A DNA stretch of 64,000 bases from Tubiluchus corallicola (lineage: Eukaryota > Animalia > Priapulida): assembly GCA_030141605.1 (NCBI GenBank), contig JAQGDQ010000372.1, positions 164,768 through 228,767 on the forward strand, written 5' to 3'. Shown here one piece after another: positions 42,601 to 52,816 of the stretch. The position numbers and the translations under genes were made by a program. Under the pieces are notes generated by a model. The model had not been told where the DNA came from. It did no database searches and worked only from the letters and a program-made list of their open reading frames with translations. Each line of letters opens with the position of its first letter. The stretch's first letter is position 1.

Positions 42601-45600
42601 GTACTGCCACGATCATCCATATTAAATAAAAACTGCTAGTGAGTATTAAATTCCAGCTTGCAGACTGTTTAACTAGTTATAAAACAAAATGTGTTCATAC
42701 CATGTAAATATTATTGATAGACATTATATCAGTTTAAATAGTATAGCCGGCCATGACCAATTATAAGTTAATAACTGAACTGCATAAATGATATTGCAAC
42801 ATCTTATTGCAGTTCCTCTGTCCTCTTACACTAGTGGAAAACTAGTAGTGTTTACAGGGGCAGCAAAATTCAGACTCGGGTACCCGTTCCTTATACCTGT
42901 CAGTTACACGGGGGGCCGGGTACCCGATTGTTAAGATTCAGCGGCAGTGAAGAAACTGTAATCGTTCATACAATTCACAAAAAAACAACCACTGGCGCAT
43001 TTTAACTAACTGCACTGTTATGGCAACAACAAGCATTCATTTATTACACCCCGGGCACCTGAACACACGCACTGTGAGTCGCAAAAGTAAGAGTTTTCCG
43101 TACAAGGCAATTTGACTGAGTTTTTATCTATCAGACTTCTTAATTATTTAATTGCACGCTTTATCAAAGAGCCAGCTAAGTTAGCCTAGGTAGTACGGCA
43201 CTGAGCACTATTAATACAGCATAGGGGTTAGGGGAATAAAGAAACCTACATTATTCTTTTTGCGTACCGTTAAACTTAGCAGTACATTTATTCGTACCTT
43301 TGCTAGTGGCGTGAAATACGTTTTTAAAAGTTAGTAAACAATTTCACTAACTTCATTTGGATAATTAACCTCTTGGTAAAGTAAGTCACCCCTACGGCAA
43401 AAATAGTCTGATCTGCCATCTCCCTACGGGCTGTTATCCTGGCCAATGCAGCAGTTAATAATCTGCTAGTAGCTGCCTACTGTAGAAGTGCACAGCAGAA
43501 GGTAGCATTTAAATTTAAATTCTCTAACAATGGATATGTTTTACAAAATTAGTAATGTCAGCATTTTCATTGTTGGAAGCGGGTAGAAACATTAAGCTCG
43601 AGTAACGAACAATGCGGGTAATTTTATTTTTGTTATTTATTTATTATTATTATCACATTCAGTACAATATAATGACATTAAGCACACAGTGACATCAAAA
43701 TTATTACATCATACTGTATAAAATTGTTATGTTCCATACACTATCTTTATCATAAAAGAATAATTGTGCTGCAGTGGGCTAGAGAAGCAAAGGCTTGTAT
43801 AAGCCCACTGTCATGTGAACCCAATAAAAAAAGATTGGATGAATGAACAAAAAAAAGAACTGGGAGAAAGGTTAGATCACACAGGAAGGGTAGAAGGATG
43901 TGTTAGTGGAAATGGTAGGAAGAAAGATAATAGATTGCGGTGGTGCCCAGGTGCCCGATGGAAACAGTAGAAACTAGTCTTTGTACAGGTGTGTGTTGTA
44001 AAAAACCTACTTTATACAACTTAGTAGTTACCTAGAGCAGTGATTGTATATTCAGTGATTGCTGAAATAATCTTCCGAAACAGGCAAAGAGGTGGATTTG
44101 GAATGTTCTCCTCGTGACTAGTATTATTATCTTCTTGAGCAAGAAGTGCATCTAAACCGGTGTCAGCTCCAGCAGGTTCGTACATGCTCTGAAACTTAAG
44201 TTTCCACGACTCTGTAAATTGCAACTAAGATACAGTATTAAAAGCTAAACTCAAAAATCATGTTAATAAGGTATGAAGATGTAACATGCTTAATTTTTAA
44301 TATAATCGTCAATTTTATACATCAGATATGAAAAGGAATTCTTATGGTGCTGCATCTTAATTTTCACTTTGCATGTGCAAAACAGTCACAAAAAGTTTTC
44401 TCAGTGATAGATGCTCACCATTAATAATGCCATAAGCTAAAATTCTAGCCCAATAAATTTATTATCAAAGACATGTAATTATTTATTGGTAAATTTTGTA
44501 TCACAGGTCAGCATGAGGCATCTCCTATTATTGTTGGTAAATTTTGTATCACAGGTCAGCATGAGGCATCTCCTATTATTGTTGGTAAATTTTGTATCAC
44601 AGGTCAGCATGAGGCATCTCCTATTATTGTTGGTAAATTTTGTACCACAGGTCAGCATGAGGCATCTCTCCTATTATTGTTGGTAAATTTTGTATCACAG
44701 GTCAGCATGAGGCATCTCCTATTATTGTTGGTAAATTTTGTATAACAGGTCAGCATGAGGCACTCTCCTATTATTGTTGGTAAATTTTGTATCACAAGTC
44801 AGCGTGAGGCATCTCCTATTATTGTTGGTAAATTTTGTATCACAAGTCAGCGTGAGGCATCTCCAGGGCACTTTATTTATGACTTTAGTCATAAATTGCA
44901 TAAATAGCTTATTTAATACTAATTTCAGATTTTATTTATGACTATTTATGACGTGTCAAATTTTGACCAAAAATGCCATCCTGAGCTAAAAGAAATACAT
45001 ATTTTTAATCAGAATCTTGTATTTTGCCTTTCTTCGTTCTTCATTACATTAAAATGTAATAAAAATGTCTACTTTCATCATTCCAAGGCCTGAAGTTTCT
45101 CGTATTGTTTTGCATGCAGGCATCCCTCCAGACTGAAATCCGTGATCGTGTTTATAATAATTATAGTATCGGTTTTAATTTGTTTAGGATGACCTATAAA
45201 ATTACTGCTCATAAAAATCAATCTATTAATTAATTCGTACAGTCACAATTCGTAGCCACAATTAGTACAAGTAAATAATGTATTTTTTTAAATATCGATT
45301 TTAAATTTAATGTTGGAAAATACTATTGGCTATTACATCTTTCTAGGGAACCGTCACGTATGTTTTCTAATTAAAATTACATTAAGCAAAATAACTAAAC
45401 AAGAAAAACAGTTAAATTTTAATGACAATGAAGCAACAAATTCTCCCAAAGATAAAATATGCTCAAATTCTAGCAGACGGCATTATTCTTATTTCTTGAG
45501 GATGAGGCAGTAAGGCACGGGAAACGCTTGCGGCAAACTCGAGCTAAAACCTACACCCAAGCCATTGACTTACGCCGCTTAGGGGTAAGCATCGAAGTTC

Positions 45601-48600
45601 GGTTCGATTCGAATTCGAAAGTCACAAATTCGGTTCGATTCGAATTCGCTTTCTGGTCGAGAATGCTCACCCCTAACGCCGCTAGGATGAGAAAGGCACT
45701 GAAATGAACGTGCAAAGAAAAGAATTAGAAGTGTAGATTTCTGTTATTGTGCAGAGCGTAGGTTTGAGGCGGCAGAACTTTAGGACATTAAAATAGGTAA
45801 GCTGTCTTTAATTCAAATTTTCGATGGAACGACAACGATTCTGTCGGTGCCTATTTATTTTTTCGCGGTAACGCGCTCATTTACTTTTTATTATTTAGGT
45901 TGCTTCTAGACGAGTTAATGACAGATAAACGCATCAGTTAGACAGTCTCAGTTACTGTGTTAGTCCACCAAACAGTCACGCGCAAGCTTCTTATGGACTG
46001 CCTGTGTGTGTGGGAGAGAGAGAGAGAGAGAGACGGTGGAAACAGTTTTCTGTACTGAATTTTTTGTTCCATTCATCGGGAAATGATTATTTTTCTTTCG
46101 TTATTTATGACAAATTTGAAATCTTATTTATGACTATTTATGACTATTTTGCAAGAAAAGTCATAAATAAAGTGCCCTGGGCATCTCCTATTATTGTTGG
46201 TAAATTTTGTATCACAGGTCAGCATGAGGCATCTCCTATTACTGTTGGTAAATTTTGTATCACAGGTCAGCGTGAGGCACTCTCCTATTATTGTTGGTAA
46301 ATTTTGTATCACAGGTCAGCATGAGGCTCTCCTATTATTGTTGGTAAATTTTGTATCACAGGTCAGCATGAGGCATCTCCTATTACTGTTGGTAAATTTT
46401 GTATCACAGGTCAGCGTGAGGCACTCTCCTATTATTGTTGGTAAATTTTGTATAACAGATCAGCATGAGGCATCTCCTGTGATACTCTCCTGTTTTCTTT
46501 TAAATAAAATCTAGCAGCATTAAACTCTCCTATCAACTTTAGAATTAATAAGATCACCTCTTGTAGTGGTATGTGTGACATGATATACAAACTGCCTTGC
46601 CCAGCAGCTGTCAGAACCTCCGGAGCATTCCACTGAAATCCAGGTGCCACCATTGGTCTCCAGAGTCTTTTCGTGCCGGGCATGGTGCTGCAAAAAACAT
46701 GAAAATTGTATCATGCAGTTTTCAGTAGATGGATTCTTTTGTACTCATAATTAATGTAGTTTGAAAGAGACCTCATCAAAGTATCTATAGCTAGAATGTA
46801 ACTTTTATAAGAACTTAAAATGATGTTATTTAAATCATAACTATGATGTTCCCAGCCAGAGCTAAGTTCTTAAAATGTGGTTCATGTGACTATTATGAAT
46901 CAAGCACATCATTTTATATTCTACAGACCTTTGATATCTGACTATCTCACCTTAATGTGTTCAGTTAACGCGAAGAGACAATTGTTTAATGCTTACTGCC
47001 CTACTTTTTATTGTATGTCCACTTGGAGACATTTTTATTCTTACAATCTTAGCAAACTCAAGGTTGCATATAATGTATCAACACGGAAGCTGTTTAACTT
47101 TTCATATGATACGAGCGCTAGATATATTTCTACTAGACTAAATATTATTTATTTTGATGTGATGCACAGAAAATGCGCATACAGTTTGTACGTCAGGCTG
47201 AATAACAGTGAAAATTTTATATGCAAGAACATTTTAAACAGTGATGCAAACTTTACTTCTGTAATTAGATGTCATTGGCGTAGTTTGTTATATCGTTAAT
47301 TGTTATTTGTGTTATTGTCGTGTGTCATGATTTATTGTATTATTTGTATTAATTTGTGATGTGTATATGAACTTTGTAAGGTTTGAAATAAAATATTAAA
47401 TCTAAAAAATCTAAAAAAAATCACCTTATTGGTGAACAAATCACTGCACTTTGAAACTGAGTTTGAAAAATGTAATGATAAAGGTAAACACTTTTTTGTA
47501 AGTTTAACAGCCAAGGTACCTCAGGTATGAATAAGGAAGCCTCTGTCCTTTTTTGAGTCCAAATGGTTTGCAAAACTTATTGCTTATTTCTACTTCAATG
47601 TCCACTGCACTCCAGTCATTTTGAATGTTGATTTTCCCTATCAGACCTTTGGATGCCAGAATCGCTCGAGATTCGCCTAAATACAAAATTATTTTACAAA
47701 ACAGTCATGGGACACGTTGCCAAATTGAACAGGTTTATTGTGTGAGAATTCCACAACACAAAGTATGAAGGAACGCGAAATATGTACAGTCAAGTGATAA
47801 GAAAATAGCATATGATAATCTGAGAAATGATAATAAACTTGAGCGGCCAGCTCCGCCTTATATATCAGTGCAAATGGACAACACTAGAACAGTCTAGAAA
47901 CTACTACGCGCATCGCGTATAGAAAGTTCTCGAATCTTCGATTGCTTCTACAAGGTAAAAAGATTGGTTCTACTATACTATAGAACATTCTAATGGATCT
48001 CCACAACAGAAAAAAATCATGAAAGATTATGAATGTGAAGATGTGGTGACAAAGATGGTGAAACAATGGAGAATGAAAGGATTAGATTTACATTAGAATA
48101 AGCATTGGAATTTACATTAATGAGCCATAGCAACCAGCTGAGCAATGTACAATAGAGGGGGCAACCGGGCACACCTAACAGGTGACAAATTAATTTACTT
48201 CTTCTTCTTCTTCTTGTTATACACTTACTTAGATTAATCACTTTAAAAGATGAGTTTGAAAATAATTACACATGGAATAGATTAGAGTTACGTTTTAATA
48301 CAAAATTTTTTAACATTTTTTAAACTTGAAAACAGAATGTTGATTTTCAGTGTTGTCAAGTAGATAATTCCAAATCAGACGTCCATAAAATTTAACAAAA
48401 TGCTTGGCAACATTAGCACGAACATAATCAAATAATAATAATAATTATAAACAGTATTATAATGTTTAACATTCAATTTTAGAGGATTATTAAATCCTGG
48501 ATTATTTAATTATTTATTACTTAGAGGAATATTAAATTATCAAAAAACAATAGCTAGCCATATTAACTTGCCATTGTGGCGAAACAATTTTTATCAGATT

Positions 48601-50535
48601 TATGTATTTAACTTTACATTCTTTTATTTTTTTAGTTTGTTTTTAATAAACTATTTTACTGTATTTTGCTTTTTCTTTCTTTTAAATTGATTTTGTTATC
48701 TGCAGCATTACCATTCATTTTTATTAGCTGTATGAAAGGGCAGAAGACTAGACGACCCTTTGATCCTTCCCTGCCCTGCTCCGTGATTACAATTATTTAA
48801 TATTTGACTAAAATTTTTGCTGTAAAACTAATTGGAGAAACTAAATGTTCTACGTCTAACAAATATTGATTTCACCTTGTCAACTGGCATAAAAATGAGC
48901 TGGTCTCACCTCTAGGAATTGATATCCCTTCTTCTAATGTGTCGACTGCAGGAAGCACAACAATGTCCTTCACGTGTGTTTTAGCATGTCCAATCATTGA
49001 AACCTTTCTTCTCTTTCTCTGAAATTCTTCAAATGCTGGTGCTACCTAAAAGCACAATAACGTGGCACATGATACACAAAAACCTGGGGTATGCAAATTG
49101 CGGCCCGCCGAGAGAATTTGTGCGGCCCGCGAAGGGATTTGTCAACCTAATGAAAGTGCGGCCAGGGCGATTAATTGAGTGTATCCAGCTGAAGTCCGTG
49201 CCACGATCCCAAAGATAGTGCAGGTAGTTTTTTCTACTATATCGGATGCCATTAACCCTTACAAGATGGTTGTAGCTTGATGTCACTGTACTACACAGAA
49301 TGTGTGATACACATTACTAATATGCATTGTAATGAAATTACCACTATCTGTCCTGAAAGTATATGGTTTGTAATATAAATTTTAATAACTTCTAAAATAG
49401 TTTCTTGAGTGTAGTAGTAACGATGTAAGCAGGTCGGATGCAAAAAAATCGTTATTGCGCCTTTCTGTACTTGGCTCCTTGATCAAACTGCCTGTGGCCC
49501 GCAGGAATTGCGGGAAAGTTTAATGTGGCCCGGCTAGTCAGATAATTTGCACACCTCTGACAAACATTGGTGGTCCTTTCTCTTCTCAGGACTAATGTGT
49601 ACTGTACATAGCAGATGCTTATTTCTGTTTACACAATTTGTGTTCAGCGGGAATGATAAACAAACACAAATGTTGATCTATCTGTAACTGATTTTTAAAA
49701 TAAACAGCGTTACCATTGATATAGCTACTGGTCTTTTTACAGGACACATGTTACTATTTTCTTTCCCATTTTTAGCAGGTACATTCAATCAGCCCAAAAG
49801 GGACAGACTTTTGCTATAGCAATTTAACATGGTTTCCATGGCAACTTTTCAATATTGCACTTTTTGTGCATGATCCAAGTGTGACGGAACCAGTTCTCAT
49901 GCTCTATGGAATCACTATTATATGAGGAGCTTACTGATCTAATAGTACTTGGTAAAATGCTGCAAGCTTTACAATGATGTTATTATAATGAACAAATGAT
50001 TGCTTACCATACTTGGCATGCTGCTGTTTACACTAGCTGCCACCATTGCCATGAAATCTGTAGGATACGGGTGACTTTGGTACGACGGCTCTTCCTTTAT
50101 GCGAATCACGTCAGTTGAGTCATTATTGGCGCGTCCAGTGTCATCAGCCAATTGCACAAATGGTGTCGACGAAAATGATGAAGATGCCGATGACCTAGCG
50201 TTAGTTACTTTCGGGACAGCAGGCATCGGTGACACATCCGATACAGACTCTTGATTGGCGCCCGCAGAAATGGCATGAAGGGACTGCAACTGATGTTGTG
50301 CTTGATTCTGTAACCCCTGGATCCTTTGTAGCACAGGTGCTGCAGGAGCATCTATTGGAGGATACGGTATGACAAGTGGATGGGGTTGAGTGCTGTTCTG
50401 TGCAGCAGAAAATGCATCAATAGCTGTGGTGAATGAGTCAGCCAGTTGTTTCATAGTGCTAGCAAGTTGCTGTAATTGCCCAAGACCCGGGACAGGTTGT
50501 CCGTCATCATTTTGCAGAGGATTCGGCGATGTCAT
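33626..50535 (-). CDS. 705-aa fusion protein: low-complexity N-terminus + G2E3-like-associated domain + SABATH/Methyltransf_7-type SAM-dependent methyltransferase fold; 12 coding exons
   Basis: Exons 50008..50535, 48910..49018, 47520..47676, 46558..46687, 44032..44224, 42025..42126, 41804..41905, 40989..41115, 39999..40129, 37742..37881, 36040..36223 and 33626..33840 total 2118 nt, and all phases close. SABATH motifs: FVVCNYGAGNG, QEQPDNDFNTLF, KCLPDGLVNFGFSAFSTHRLS, QAQQDWETFILHRGRELAPGGQLVL, YHRTEEE, VRSWSE. The methyltransferase part (33626..44224) is more certain than the fusion junction. Confidence 0.8.
34013..34669. mobile_element. Tc1/mariner-type MITE
   Basis: TA|TGTGTGCTTG...CGTCCATAAGTCGGCA ... 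TGCTGACTTATGGACG...CAAGCACACA|TA. An adjacent 27-bp triplication includes the left end. Confidence 0.7.
35283..35891. repeat. Cluster of interlocking inverted repeats
   Basis: Inverted pairs at 35283-35342/35692-35750, 35521-35580/35643-35703 and 35584-35627/35849-35891. Confidence 0.75.
37030..37393 (+). mobile_element. Solo LTR (family A-related)
   Basis: TGTTGT...ACAACA ends, TATATAAG, AATAAA and a near 5-bp TSD GAAAG/GAAAC. Its 3' half is shared with the 1729..2056 copy. Confidence 0.82.
38147..38660 (+). mobile_element. Partial hAT derivative related to 7738..8439
   Basis: Shares the left end (GTGGCTCxTGTATAGGxACTGxGGAACTGCAGCACC) and the subterminal right-end sequence. Confidence 0.7.
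38924..39285 (-). mobile_element. Solo LTR (family A), intact ends
   Basis: TGTTGT...ACAACA ends with a perfect 5-bp TSD CTAAC. Confidence 0.9.
42846..43969. mobile_element. Probable hAT-type non-autonomous element with a nested LINE-tail fragment (~43620..43940)
   Basis: Imperfect TIRs TAGTGTTTAC/GGAAACAGTA, near 8-bp TSD AAAACTAG/GAAACTAG and subterminal GGGTACCCG/GGTGCCCG repeats. Confidence 0.5.
44864..46179. mobile_element. 1.3-kb non-autonomous hAT-type DNA transposon
   Basis: TIRs CAGGGCACTTTATTTATGACTTT...AAAGTCATAAATAAAGTGCCCTG and a perfect 8-bp TSD GGCATCTC. Confidence 0.9.
45580..45675. mobile_element. 96-bp hAT-type micro-MITE nested in 44864..46179
   Basis: TIRs TAGGGGTAAGCAT...ATGCTCACCCCTA, perfect 8-bp TSD ACGCCGCT and internal TTCGA repeats. 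Confidence 0.85.
46930..47420 (+). mobile_element. Truncated LINE (L2/Crack/Daphne-like) 3' fragment
   Basis: CSVNAKRQLFNAYCPTFYCMSTW...KLKVAYN...RKLF is a typical post-RT region, followed by AATAAA and an A-rich tail. Confidence 0.8.
47740..48008 (-). mobile_element. Truncated solo LTR (family A)
   Basis: Inverted similarity to 1729..2056 with one intact end (CCACAACA). Confidence 0.75.
49084..49559 (+). mobile_element. hAT-type MITE (family C)
   Basis: Degenerate TIRs C(T/A)GGGGT(A/G)TGCAAATT...AATTTGCACACCTCTG with GCGGCCC subterminal repeats. Highly similar to 56812..57340. Confidence 0.85.
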
Positions 50536-51290
50536 AATACAAGCTTCCAGCTTTGATCACCACGTCTGTTAGTTGAGGTAAACTGAATATACCAACAGGA
50601 TTAAGCAGCCAATTTGAAAATACGGTGTTTGTATTTTTCACTATTCGAGGATATATGTGCAATCTGTAATAATTTAAAACGTGAAAATAAAGATAAGAAA
50701 ACTTAAGCTGATGGACAACTATTGCACCCTGAAGAATAATACACCTGGTGACAGACTAACAGGTAACATTTATATTGTTGCATGCAACTTCCGAAATAGT
50801 GGTCAAATGAAATACATCCATAATTGCAATATATAATGAAGCTATCAGTTCTTTAGTGAAGTAACAATCGCTTTATACATTGTATACTTATATAAAAAAT
50901 CAATACTTGTTGAGGTTTAGTGGACAACTCATGTAAACCTAGATGATGCAGTTCATACTGCAAATCAACTATATGCTATTTTAACCCACACTATAACTAG
51001 CTATCCAGCGTGTTAAACAAGCCATCACAGCAGAATATATTATTCGGTAGATTTAGATCATTGTATTCTGTATTCATTGCTGATCAGCTGGTCCAAAGAA
51101 TAGTACAGATTTAGAAGAGCATGAAAGAATGCCTACTTCAAATTTTTCTTTCCTTCAGTCAGATGTGTATTAATGCAACTCGTGAAATCAAGCATCATAA
51201 ATTTCAGGACGCATTCGTAATTAAACTGTTTGATTAATATGAAAATTAACTTGCACTTGAATAAATAACTGTCTGAATTAACACACTCAC

Positions 51291-51400
51291 CTGAAAAGTG
51301 CTTGAAATTGGTTTCGCCGACATCAAATAATCGACATTTTCTAGAAATTCTGCACTTACGGGCAAACTAAATCATATAACACACAAAATGGCTGAACGTT
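51291..51400 (-). promoter_or_regulatory. Probable first (5' UTR) exon and start region of the fusion gene
   Basis: Strong donor CAG|GTGAGT at 51291, acceptor TACAG at ~50664, a YY1-like CAAAATGGC motif at ~51384 and a CpG-richer region upstream. Confidence 0.5.
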
Positions 51401-52816
51401 GTAAATCATGATTATTTACAATGGCCCACGTGACTTGAAAAGCAACGCAAATAATGATTTTGTGCAGCGGCGCGCATGCTTTATTTATCAGGCTCTAGAC
51501 CAAGGGCGTGCAAGCTAATATCGAGCGCGTCGCATTACAAAAACATTATTGACAATTGGTGAGCAATTGGCGAATACAACTTGCTTAATAAATTAACAGT
51601 TATAGGTTAACAGTTATATAGTTTACTATAGGCCGTATACAAGCTACCGCGGCGTGGACGGGAGGTGAGGGGCGTAAGTAAGACAGGGATGTATTCCCGT
51701 CTGAAGCTGATTAACTCGAGACAGTCGGTATTAGACCCGTAGCGCAACTGTACTCTTTTGGGACTGCCTGCAAAATAATCTGTGAACCCCTATCATTAAA
51801 AAAGTCAAATTTCTGAGGTCCAATAAATCGAATTTTGTTTCGTTTTACTGCTTTTCAGTTTTATTTTAGTAAAGACCAAAATCTAATAGCCGTGTTTCAA
51901 TTTCAAAACGGGGGGGGGGAGGGGATAAGGCGAGAAACATTCAGAGAAACACAAGACAATTGTTAGTAATCTCAACCTCATTTGAAATTACAAAATATTG
52001 TATATTTACATTGTTTATAATATTCTTTTGTTTTTCTAGAAACGTACAGGGATACAGCTAAATGATAATTAGAAAATAAACACTGAAAGTCATTATTTCT
52101 ATTTTGAAGCAAAGACTATACAGACTTAGGTACAACTTGAGATAATCACAGTTTCAGAATTAATTATGTAACTTAACTGTTTGGTGTTTAATGTCCGTGA
52201 TTTGAAAAATGGACAACAATCTATATAGACGTATGTGTATCTATTTATCCAACAAGTCGTTCCTTTCGTTTACATGTGATTTAAGCACGTGTTATCATCA
52301 TTGTGTTATGGCTGAAAGTACTTGTCAGTTGTGATTCGAATGGTCTCGCGAAAAAAAATTATATCCAGTAGCCAGATATCTCAAAATCTGCACTAATGAA
52401 AAGCCACCGTGATGAAGAGGCATATAGATAACATGCCAACCGGTAAGTATAGTGACGGTGGTGGTACTTGTCATCAATGTACGTAGCCCTAAAAATTCTT
52501 CTAAAAACACAGCGGCAACAAGAAATACTTTTCAAGACTGTTCTGCAATACGACTGTCTAATTCGAGAAAAAGGGACCAAAATTATTGTACACGTACCAC
52601 TTACGACATCTTGTGGCTGTCTAAAAACAAACTCACCCAATTTCACCTATTACTTCCCCTTACATAGATCAGTGGGATTACTAATTCTGCCTAAACAGTT
52701 TAACTGCCATTATTTGTAAGTACCTATTTGTTATCAAATTGTTGTCATCACGTTGTTATTTATTTACTGCAATATGCAACAAGTTTGTTCTGGTCACGTA
52801 AACGCAGTTTATTTTT

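Larger units (their letters stand above)
44485..46478. repeat. 48-bp minisatellite split into two blocks (44485..44863 and 46180..46478) by a transposon insertion
   Basis: Unit GGCATCTCCTATTATTGTTGGTAAATTTTGTATCACAGGTCAGCATGA, in the same orientation and in register on both sides of the insertion. Confidence 0.93.

Noticed and set aside
33626-44224. Recent horizontal transfer or contamination explaining the plant/bacterial-type methyltransferase
   Set aside because: The domain is split by seven spliceosomal introns filled with host repeats and sits among animal genes. Any transfer would be old and needs a phylogeny to test.
45070-45195. Independent first exon for a stand-alone methyltransferase (MQNNTRNFRPWNDE)
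   Set aside because: It lies inside the TSD-flanked hAT element and has a weak GTAGAC donor. A phase-0 join to the upstream exons is simpler, though it is not excluded as an alternative start.
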